This document shows positions 22,603-33,464 of a DNA stretch of 54,551 nucleotides, in pieces (position 1 is the stretch's first letter; each line of letters starts with the position of its first letter). The stretch comes from Macrostomum lignano (Eukaryota): assembly GCA_002269645.1 (NCBI GenBank), contig NIVC01004215.1:1-54551 (forward strand). The letters are read 5' to 3'. Position numbers and translations under genes: made by a program. Below the pieces are notes generated by a model, which worked only from the letters and a program-made list of their open reading frames with translations, was not told the DNA's origin and searched no databases.

Positions 22603-25600
22603 CTAATCAATCTTGTGAGCGTCAATACTGCCTTCAGCTAGCAGTTTACTGTAGCCGGGCAGGGAGTCTGTAGACTCAGTCGGATGAAGCCCGTTTTGCA
22701 CCGGCTTAACAGACTCACCAGAGCCTCTCAGCTGCTTCTTAGTCGCCTTACTGTGATAATCTTTTCTTAGAAAGTCATTCTTTAACAAGATGATAAACAG
22801 GCCGGGGTTAATCATATTCATGATGAACATGGATCCGGTCAGCGTGTAAAAGTACACCGAGTCAACCCGGTGACCTTCAACAATCATGCCGTAGGTGATT
22901 CTACCCAGGCCGAAGCCGCGACAAAATAAGAATGTGACCAGATTAACTAGCGCGTTGGCCCGATAAATTGGACTGCTGAATTTGAACTGTTGCATTTGCA
23001 TGAGTTTGCGCGAGTGCAAGAAAAACGAATTAATCTCGGCCATGAGTGCTACGACATTGTAGGCGACGCATCTTCTTGTGGTCAGATTGTAGAAGAACAT
23101 TGACGTTACCTGCAAATTTGTAATATCAGTATGAGTAACAGATTAGCTAGAGAAAGTTGGGACTAATATGGATTAGCAGAAGGGTGGGCGAAAGGAGCAA
23201 GATTGGAATGAAAAACTGAGTGAGAAGTGAGAATAGAGCAGAGTTAGACCTAGAATAAAGAAGAGTTAGAGTTAGGGCGAGTAGAGTGAGAGTGGAGTGA
23301 GAGTAAACAGAGTGGGAGTAGAGCGAGAGTAGAGAGTAGAGTGAGAGTGGAGTGAGAGTAAACAGAGTGGGAGTAGAGCGAGAGTAGAGAGTAGAGTGAG
23401 AGTGGAGTGAGAGTAAACAGAGTAAGAGTAAATTGAGAAGAGAGCAGAGTTAGAGCAGACGGAGTGAGATTGAGAGGAGTGGAGTAAGAAGTAAACCGAG
23501 GTCTCTGTTGTCAGAGGGCACTGACAAAAGTACAAATCAATTAGTCTACATTGGAAACGCATCGTTTAAACCGAAACAAAAATAAAACAGGTAAATCATA
23601 ACGAACTGTTCAACTTTAAAATAAGTGTTGCAAGCATGTCATTTTCTGATACATGAATTACCAAAATACGTTACCTTAAGCAGTTAAATTTTAACTTTTA
23701 TTCTAAAAATTGCGAACAAATTTTTAGGAAAGAAATTTAACTAGGATCGATTATAAATTCTTCTATAATTTCGCCTATATTGGCCTTCAAATGTTCCCAT
23801 TCTCTTCTTAATGCTATGCCATGAATGCTTCTATTAATAGGAACGCATATGTGGGTTTGCTAAGTAGTGCTTGGCCCAGAGCATTTCATTCGCAAGCCAA
23901 CCCTACTAAGGCTCATAAATTGTCTGATACGGTCGGGTAGGAGAAGATAAGTGAAGGCAGAGTAAGGACGCTTGCCAGTGTATAAACCATTTCTAAGGTC
24001 CAGTTGTGCAAGACACGAGTTCTATAGCGTGTGCCAGCTTGGCAGAAAAAAAAGTCCACGTAGGAGAAAACGCATTACAGAAAGAAAAACACTGTTCATT
24101 ACTGCGTGGGTATAGTTGATTTCTCTTCTCGTTTACACTTCTCTTGAACTTTTTGGTGAGCACGTTCTTTCTCTCTCCCTCTCTCTCTCAAGCGAACTCA
24201 GTTTTATTATAGTAGCAGTGGGGTAGTCCAGTACTCTACCCATAAGCACTGCCCCTCTTACAGAAGCCAAGAGTGCACCATAAGAGTTGGGCGCGCGGTG
24301 GTGCGACTGCAGTTTGAACCGATATCTACGAGTAGTTCTACAGAGTTTTATACTTGTTGTCAATGGTTTTACTTAGTGTTGAACTTTGAACAAGCTTTAC
24401 AGATACAGACAAGCAGACACGCCATCGTGTGTTGTGTTTGATTTGTTAGAAAAATCTACCAATGAACACTATCAAATCGACGCCTCTCTATCCGGGCCCT
24501 CGGGACCTTTGAAAGTTCACAATAGCAATCCAGACCGCTCAGTATTTTAGTCTCTTCTCAGCTCTCTTCTCACGATCCCTTCTCATCTACTCACTCATTC
24601 TTCTTAGCTGTAGTGACGATTGATTTTACGACTATCAGATGAAGCAATTGAGGTAATTCAGCAAAATAATAATTGGTGCATAGCAGCTACCGCTGTGTGT
24701 ATGTGCCAATAAAGACAAAGGTTTAACTAATCCAGCTTGCAAGCTTATCTAAAATAGAGTAAAAATAGTAAATGCTAAAATTAATTGTAACTTTTAACAA
24801 CACTTACCGCAATATGGTGCAACGTTAATTGCCACATTTCCAATACTTTCTTTTGAACAATTAGGTCGCCAAAGTCGTACATGAAGTAGCCTTTAGTGGG
24901 TGGAGAGTAAAGTGCCAGGGATTAGTATGATTTTACACAGCAGCAACAAACTGTGGATATTCTGTGTTGATGAAGATCAGATCAGATTCTGGGAAGTTCT
25001 TAAATATTTTGAAATTAAATGAAGTTTTGGACCTAATGAAGTTTGGATAAAGTGAAAGATTCAAAATTGAGATAGAGCACACCCAGAAATAGAAACAAAA
25101 TGCAAAGATTATATCTTACCTGTGGACACAGCCACCATATAATAGGTGAATGGTGTGATGTGAGTGATGAGATCTTGCCAAATCTCGGGGTAGTAGTAAA
25201 AACTACAAATTGAATTTGAATTTGTATAGAATTAGGTTTTTTTAATAAAATAGTTTTAAAGGAATCAAATATTTTATTAATTGTTACAAAACTTGTAGAC
25301 ATGGGGTCTGTATGCAAGATGGTATACTAAAAACAAATTTGTTAAATAACTAGGGAGTGGCATTACTGACCATTCCATTAACTCCACTGAGCAGCAATAC
25401 CAAGTGCACATACATACACAGTTATATACATAGACACAGGAATGTTATTGGTCTAACTTTATTTATTGTTAGGCAATACATACTTCACCTTGCCTAGGAG
25501 GCTAGGCCCTGAAGGATCTTAATTTCACAATAGACCCAAGCAAAGATTTCAATTTAGTGGCAAATTAATGTGACTACATGTAGAATCAAGTCCATTTAGA

Positions 25601-28600
25601 AGATTTTGTATTTACAAGAACTTTTTTACAACAAAATTAACTAATGCTAATGCTATTTTTTTATTATCTTACTAGACTGTTTCATCTGTCAGATATTAGA
25701 TATAGATCAAGTTAGGAAAAATATAAATATAGACTAATTTTATTTAAAATAAATTTAAAATATTATATTCATTATATACATTTAAGAATTTAGAGGGGCA
25801 TGAGTCAAAGGGTTAGACAGTTATAGAAACTCCAACAGCTTAGAAATCATCTAAGCAGCTTAACAATCATCTATTGAGTTGAGTTATGAATACCTTGATA
25901 TTAAAATGGTAATTACCTAGGACTGACTAGTAATGGGTCCAAGAGAATTGCCCACTGAGGTTTGACTATAATTCCTTTTTCCTGTGGTGCATTTGGCATG
26001 ATAGAGCAAAGCCATTTTTCCCATTTGTTGGCCAATATTAGATTATAGATCTAGATAAAAAATGACTAAATTAATAAATTGGACCTTGGAAGCAGAAATT
26101 AGGACTACTTTAAGGTAGGACCAATTATAAGTTCACATTCATTAGACTTGTATTTTTAAGCTTTATAAGTAACAAGGTAGCTAAAATGCACTAGACTTAT
26201 ACAATACTTATATTTGTTAAAATGTACAAATAGTTAAAATGTATTGCCAGTTTTAGGATTGTGTACCAGTGTACACCAGAATGAAATTTGTTTATATAGT
26301 TCCTATATGCCAATGAATTTATATCACAGAAAAATACACTAAGGCAAAAAAGTACTAACTATATTTTAATCTTATTTTTTATCTCTGCAAAAAAACAAAA
26401 AAATTGGTCATCTTTTACTAAAATTATAAAGAACTAGTTAATTTTTTATCTTAGAAAAGTTATAAACACCATGAATTTTAATTTATTTTTTCATTATTTT
26501 TTAGAAAATATTCTTATTCAGTTTTTGATTAAAATTTTGCTTTTCCAACTATAAATATAAAAATTATGCTTAACTTAAACTTGGTCATTTTTTGTATATT
26601 AATTAAGTACATTGGTTGGGACTTGGAACTTTGTCCCACTTATTGTCTCAGCAATCTCTAAATGTCAAGCTATATGCCAAAAGGGCATGTTAGGCTCTTT
26701 TATATGCCAAGTTGAATATCAATGGTGTATTATAAGTCCTATATGCTAGACTTTTTTGGCATATATATACTACCCAAAGTCTAGATATAATGGACTAATA
26801 CAATAATATACATTGTTAAATTAACAACATATAGAATTATATTGCCATAGTTAGATCAGAACTTTTGGACCACTACTGAATGATAAGCTTAACTCTTACA
26901 AAACAATTAAGAAATTTTATTTTTTAAATTCAAATGTAGCAACCATTTAGTAGATCTAGTATATTGAAGGCAATAAGTGAAATAAATTTGAATATATTTA
27001 AAAAATTAACAAATAATAGTTTAAAATATTTGGACAATTATCCATTTGAGTATTATCTTTTTAGGTATTGTCTTCTTGACTATCATACTTTTAATGAATC
27101 AGCTACTTTTTTATCAGTTCCTTATGCTATGATCCTGACTAACCTAAGGCTAGGACTAATAAATAGTCTTAAAAATGTATCTTGGCATTATAGAATATAT
27201 TTACTTCAGTTAATAAATATATTATAAAAGCTGTTAAGCTATTAAAAAACATGAATAATACATGCTAAGATAAGTTGCAAAAATTCCTATTAGAAAAACA
27301 TAGACATAGTACTAATTGGATTATGAGGCATTTAGCTTTAATAATATTATATAGCTATACTTAGTCTTGCCATTTATAAAAAATACATTAATTTTTGCTT
27401 AGAATTCTTATATAAGTAAGTTCTATTTTTATTCTTAGTCAAAAAATTAAGTTCTATAGTCAATGTATATCAGAGGGGTTACACATAGTGATAATAGAAT
27501 TTTGCAAGTTTCTAAAACTGAATCCAAATGTACAAAAAATCCCAAATCTGAATATCTAGACTTATCACTAGTTGCACATATATTCTTTGCCTTTTTAACC
27601 TTAATTTTAGCATTAAATATTATAATAGAAAATAAAAAAACTCAATTAACAAATTGTTTGCAAATGTTGAAATACTAAATCAATAGTAGATCTAGAGTTT
27701 CATTTAGGAGGAAAGGGGGCAATCCAAGTTTAGGATGCCAACATGAGTATAAAAGGTGCCAATTTTTAAGCTATGGATGCAAAAGTCCATAAAAAGGACA
27801 AAAAATCAAGCTTAGGGATGCAAAAAAGCATTTAGAGGCAAAGAATCAAGCTTAGAGGCATAAAAATGTATTTAGAGGTAAAAAAATCAAGTTTAGGAGG
27901 CATAAACTTAGGTTTTTTGGAGCCATAAAGTTCTGTCAAGCTTTTTAGGAAGGATGGCCACTTCTTTTGCCATATTTTAGATCATATAATATATGCCTAA
28001 AAATTTGGGCATGCATTGCCTTATAAGCCAAAAGTAGGCATGGATATTTAGTGTGTATTACCAATATGTACGCATACTTAGTGTGTTTTTCATACATGCG
28101 CAACTTCTGAAATTACGCTGGCCGTGCGACTTAGTTTTCGATAAAAAATGCGACTTACCTATGAAAGAGCCAAGCAAAAACTTTAGGTAAACGGCAGGAG
28201 TAACTATGACCATAATTTAAAGCTAATTGCCTCGCCAGCTAATTAGTGCTGCGTGCAGATTTCGCGTTTTTATAACAGCTAATCAGTATGTCATCTAGTG
28301 GCGGCATGAAGCAATTAGTAAATTGTCAGTACAGTGTAGTGAGCATACTACAAAAGTCATGATTCATGAATGTCCAGAAGTAAGTGAAGAGAATACAGTG
28401 TGACCTATAGCTCAAGAACGATTTGCTAGACGATTTGGCATGGAAGATGAGAGCCCTGATTCAGATGGCTCATCAGATGCAGAATACGAATCCAGTAGAG
28501 ATACAAGCTGTGAAAACCCACAGATTTTTAAACCACTGAATTCTAATTCCCGGAACTATTTTTGCATAGATTCTAAATTTGAAGTCATGCTCAAACAAAA

Positions 28601-31600
28601 ACTTGTTAACAGTTAGGAAAAAGGCAAAGATGGGAGTAATGCATGTTAAACTAAGATTTGAGGCCTTTGCAAATTCTCTCCATTCCTCAATCTTCTCATC
28701 CTCTTTTTCTTTTCTCTCTCATCCCTTATCCCTTCTCTCTTTCCTCTCCTCTCCTATCTCTTCTGTCTCCTCTCTACATTCTTATCTCTCCTCTCGTCTC
28801 TCTCCATTCCACTCTACTCTCTCATCTTATCTTCCCTCTCGTCTCTCTCCACTCTACTCTCTCATCTTATCTCTCCTCTCTTTTCTACTCTCTCATCTCT
28901 CCTCTCTTCACTCTCCTCTCATCTCCTCTTTATCCTCTCTTCTCTCATCTACTCTCTCCTCTTTCCTCTTTCCTCTCTTCTGATCTCATCCATCATCTTT
29001 TCTTTCCTCTTTCCTCTCATCTCCTCTTCTCTCTCATCTCTTTTTCCTCCCTCAGCTTTTCTCTCCTCTTCTATCTTTTCTCCCATCGCATCGCTCGCCT
29101 CTCCTCTGTTTGCTTATCTCTAATCTTCTATTCCCTCTACTTTGAAGTAAGAAAATATGCACATATTTTTGCTGAAGATAAGAGGAGAGAAGAGGGCATT
29201 GAGGAGAAAGGGTAGAGAGAAAGGGGGAGAAGAGAGGAGAGTAAAAATGAGACGAGAGAGAAGAGGGAAAAGGGGGAGAGAGAGAAGAGGGGAGGCAAGG
29301 TAGAGAAGAAGAGAGAGATGAGAGTTGAAGATACACCAACCTTGCTGGTTAGGAAGTTTCAAAGAACCCGAGGGGCGAGGGCCAGATAGAGGGGCTTCGC
29401 GAGCCGGAGTTTGCCAACCCCTGCTCCAGAGTTTAAGAAATCAATGGGAAACTGTTGACGCGGGCTTCTGATTTCAAAGATCTTGTCTGTGGTTGAAGAC
29501 TTCTATTCTGTTTTTGCTCTCTTGCCACACTTGCACCTACTACCCCTGATTGCCTCTGATTGTGACTTACTTCCCTCTTATTGCGACTTAGTTGCTTCTT
29601 TTTGCGACTTACCTAATCCTTTTTGCGACTTACCTAACCCTTTTGCGACTTACCTAATCCTTTTGCGACTTACCTAATCCTTTTGCGACTTAGCTGATCC
29701 TTTTGCGACTTACCTGATTCTTTTTGCGACTTACCTAATCCTTTTTGCGACTTACCTAATCCTTTTGCGACTTACCTAACCCTTTTGCGACTTACCTAAT
29801 CCTTTTGCGACTTACCTAACCCTTTTGCGACTTACCTAATCCTTTTGCGACTTACCTAATCCTTTTGCGACTTACCTAACCCTTTTGCGACTTACCTAAT
29901 CCTTTTGCGACTTACCTAACCCTTTTGCGACTTACCTAATCCTTTTGCGACTTACCTGATTCTTTTTGCGACTTACCTAATCCTTTTTGCGACTTACCTA
30001 ACCCTTTTGCGACTTACCTAATCCTTTTTGCGACTTACCTAATCCTTTTTGCGACTTACCTAATCCTTTTGCGACTTAGCTGATCCTTTTGCGACTTAGT
30101 TTGCTTCTTTTGCGACTTACCTGATCCTTTTTGCGACTTACCTGATTATTTTTACAACTTACCTGATCCTTTTTGCGACTTACCTAACCCTTTTGCGACT
30201 TACCTAATCCTTTTTGCGACTTACCTAATCCTTTTGCGACTTAGCTGATCCTTTTGCGACTTAGTTTGCTTCTTTTGCGACTTACCTGATTCTTTTTGCG
30301 ACTTACCTGATCCTTTTTGCGACTTACCTGATCCTTTTTGCGACTTACCTAACCCTTTTGCGACTTACCTAATCCTTTTTGCGACTTACCTAACCCTTTT
30401 GCGACTTACCTAATCCTTTTGCGACTTACCTAACCCTTTTGCGACTTACCTGATCCTTTTGCAACTTACCTAACCCTTTTGCGACTTACCTGATCCTTTT
30501 TGCGACTTAGTTTGCTTCTTTTGCGACTTAGTTTGCTTCTTTTGCGACTTACCTGATTCCTGTTGCGACTTACCTGATCCTTTTTGCGACTTAGTTTGCT
30601 TCTTTTGCGACTTACCTGATCCTTTTTGCGACTTACCTGATTATTTTTACAACTTAGTTTGCTTCTTTTGCGAATTGTTTTTCTTTTGCTTCACCATTTT
30701 CCCTGAACTGCTCTTTCTTTCGCTTTCCTCTTGCCTTTCTTGGTTCTTGTGTTTTTCTGTTTTTGGTTGACTCAATTTTGCAACTTACCCCTGGTCAGCC
30801 ACGATTTACGGTGGCCGGATCGGCCAGGTCGGCCAGCAGTTGCGCATGTATGGTGTTTTTTATAGAATTATGTGGAAGAATTAATGTTAAGTGGAAAAAT
30901 ATAAAAAAAATTATAGCCTAAAAGGGTCTATTATGCAATTAAAAGAATGATCATTTATTTTTGCAATATAAAAACGTCTTTTGTTATTGCAACATTAGTA
31001 TATTGCATAGATTTGAGAGTGGACATGCACTCAATTTGTGTGGGCATTTGTAATTATTCAATTTGTGCTTAAGTATGCACCTAGTAGAGCTGTCACGAGA
31101 TCTCGACGAGACAAGATTCGAGACAAGATCTCGACATTTTTTCTCGTCTCGAGAAATCTCGAATTTTGTCAAGAAATTCGAGACGAGATTCAAGAATTTT
31201 TCTGATACCTTTTTTCAAAAGCTTTTAAGTGATAAGATATAAAAAGGGGAGCAAATTTTCATATAAATACAACTGTTTGTTGTAACACGCTTGATAGGGC
31301 AATTTTCAAATGGTAAAATCTAGCCAATGTCGAGCAGTTATTTAACGAACGTCGTTATATACGAGTTTGCATCGCATATGCGCTCTTTTAGTTATCATTT
31401 CAGTTCTGCAGCAAGGTGTATCATAGCAGACTTGAAGACAATCTACACAGGTCTTTTGACAAATTAGTAATAGACATAGTAGGGCCAAGGGCCTATATGC
31501 TACAAGCATAAATTCTTATGAATAAATAGCAAAGAATTTAAACTAGAATTAATAAAGTATTCTAGAAAATCTAAAAAATAAATTTTAGAATTGTATCTTA

Positions 31601-33020
31601 TCAAGAAATTTAAGACAAGATAAGGCAAGATAAGAGCAAGACAAGATGCAATTCTAAAATATATTTTTTAGATTTACTTTGACGTCTTTGTCGTCTCGTC
31701 TTGAAATTCTTGACTTATAAGCCTTTCTCGTCTCGAATCTCGTCTCGAATAAAATCTCTAATTTTGACAGCTCTAGCACCTAGCATGATTTGGACTATGG
31801 TACTCTCATTTTCCTCTATGCTTGGGTACAATCTTGGGATTCATTTGGCTGTTTCTATTGGCAAAACATACACATGAGTCACTATTGGATAGAATAGTAG
31901 TCACGTGATTGCTCTTAGCCAATAGCAACTTAATATATGCCATAAGGACCTAGTCAGGATCATGGCACATCTGTAATAGAATGAATCCTATCAAAAAAGT
32001 TTGATTGCACCATGCACTGGAACAAATCTTATCAAAAAAATTTACTTGCGCCATGTACTGCAAATTTTGAAAAAAAAACACAAAAATCAGTAATTTTCTG
32101 TTTGAAAATATTAGTAAAACTTATATTTGAATCTGTTTCATAGAAAATGCAATGTTAACATAAATGAATTAAAAGGCTATCAATATATCAACAAACAAAA
32201 AGTGCTAATAACAAAAAATTATACATGCTTTTTTTTAGAGAAAATATGGTCTTGTTGGAAGTTTTTTTCCTGTACCAAATTGTGCCAATTTTTTTTGTGC
32301 CGTACTGTGCTAGATTTTTCTCTTTTGCCTCCTTTTGCACTAGAATGTGCCAGCACAGTGCATGTCCAATCCTTTTGTGCCAGAATTTTCCGTGAAAAAG
32401 GCCATTCCTGACTGTGTTGTGTATGTGTTGCCAATAGAAATGGCTAGATGATTCCCAAAGTTGTGCATACATGCTTCCCTCCAAAATCTATCCTTATACT
32501 AAAACTAAATACTATCTAGGACTGAATGACGATTTAGTTTAAATAAAATTACAATTGTTTATCTAATTAAAAAAATATACAAATCAGTTTTTATTAATTA
32601 TTGCCAATAAAATAAGAATCATTTCAAAAAATGAAATTTACTAATTTAGGCAAAAAATATTTTTTAGTCTCATATTCACATAGAAAAAAGAACATATTAT
32701 TAGGTAATTTCTATTAAATCAAAAAGAAATGCCTACTACTTGTTCTAAACTATTGTTAGAATAGAAACTTACCATAATATATCCCAGAGACCAACAATAA
32801 ATGCATGAATCCAGGACAACAAAAGATTTTTCCATTTCCAGGCTTCCTCTTCCTTATTTACTGCATGTTTAACGACAGCTACAGGAACTCCAATGTAACT
32901 AACGATGCGGTTAAGAATGTTGAAGAAAATGATAGTGCCAATCATAACACCATATCCTCCTTGTACTGACACAACATCAGTATTGTTAGGAAATACTGAA
33001 GTGATAGCATCGGTGACCAT
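22603..33020 (-). CDS. TLC-domain membrane protein, TLCD1/TLCD2-like (~306 aa); exons 33020-32773, 25202-25120, 24890-24808, 23109-22603
   Basis: WKWKNLLLSWIHA, YPEIWQDLI, VAVSTGYFMYDF.DL, W.L.LHHI, VALMAEINSFFLH.RKL, TF.FCR and KNDF match the TRAM/LAG1/CLN8 pattern. Phases 2,1,0 give a 921-nt ORF. Confidence 0.9.
23215..23490. repeat. GA/GAGTA-rich low-complexity tract in TLCD intron 3
   Basis: Repeating GAGTAGAGAGTAGAGTGAGAGTG blocks. Confidence 0.85.
25330..28030 (+). mobile_element. Heavily mutated hAT-like transposon remnant (CpG-free)
   Basis: Weak residual transposase-like words: NSYKTIKKF (RWNS-like), YPFEY, YLDLSLVAHIFF...LALNIIIENKKTQL (dimerisation-domain-like); subterminal AATCAAGCTTAG(A/G)GGCA repeats at 27800-27900. 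TIRs not identified. Confidence 0.45.
28186..28258 (+). other. ~70-bp 28S rRNA-like fragment (helix 69-71 region); not a functional rRNA gene
   Basis: GGTAAACGGCAGGAGTAACTATGAC...TGCCTCGCCAGCTAATTAGTG versus the eukaryotic LSU consensus GGTAAACGGCGGGAGTAACTATGAC...TGCCTCGTCATCTAATTAGTG (recalled, not searched). Confidence 0.65.
28680..29423 (-). mobile_element. CT-tract/GA-tract-containing element with one hAT/Charlie-like end
   Basis: End reads CAGGGGTTGGCAAACTCCGGCTCGCGA on the minus strand; ACCTTGCT...GGAAGTTTCA segment and GA tract are shared with 49060-49398. Confidence 0.55.
29565..30680. repeat. 20-21-bp minisatellite (TTTTGCGACTTACCTAATCC)n
   Basis: About 50 units inside the P-like element; the GCGACTTA motif also occurs near the left TIR (28126, 28150). 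Confidence 0.95.
31085..31775. mobile_element. Non-autonomous hAT element (MITE), 691 bp
   Basis: Perfect 11-bp TIR TAGAGCTGTCA/TGACAGCTCTA; 8-bp TSD GCACCTAG (31077-31084, 31776-31783); CGAGA subterminal motifs. Confidence 0.92.
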
Positions 33021-33464
33021 AGCAAGGCACTTAAAATTACACGGCTATTTTTAGGGTATTTAACCTACTTAATTAACCACTGGAGTCTTTAGATAGGTAT
33101 TAAATAAGCGTAAAAATGTAAATATGAAATTGGACAAAACAAAACGCATATCTACGAAATTCGTTTTCCCAAGGAATTTATAATAATTGTTTACAGCTTT
33201 TTAGATTATTAAATCAAATTTATGTCGAAAACTTTGCAGGAAACTTAAAAATATTCTGTTAACTGTTATATACGTGGAAAAATAGTTTAATTCTGAAACA
33301 ATATGTTTAATTTTAGTGTTTTTAGCTCGCATTTTTGCTTCTTTAGACGCAAACAAAATTTGAATTACAAGTTAGGTATTTTTATAATTCCTAATGAAAT
33401 TTTTTGGCTCTTGAACAATCGCGTTGTGATTTTTTAATTTATCATCCCAATTTAGCTTCCCAAT
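33021..33464. promoter_or_regulatory. Probable bidirectional promoter region between divergent genes
   Basis: TLCD ATG (33020, minus) and the plus-strand gene ATG (33465) are 444 bp apart, head-to-head. Confidence 0.55.

Larger units (their letters stand above)
28091..30852. mobile_element. Non-autonomous TIR transposon, P-superfamily-like (CATAC...GTATG ends, 8-bp TSD)
   Basis: TIR CATACATGCGCAACTTCTG (28091-28109) vs CAGCAGTTGCGCATGTATG (30834-30852), 18/19 match; TSD GTGTTTTT at 28083-28090 and 30853-30860. Confidence 0.85.

Noticed and set aside
24640-24750. Extra TLCD exon after TTTTAG (minus)
   Set aside because: Hits a stop and has no TLC similarity; exon 3 joins 23109 directly (HHIA|VTSMFF).
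25290-25360. TIRs for the CpG-free hAT remnant
   Set aside because: Candidate ends (TAGACATGG, TAGGGAGTG, TAGGCATGG) have no matching inverted partner or TSD.
28186-28258. Functional rRNA gene
   Set aside because: Only ~70 bp, diverged centre, no flanking rDNA.
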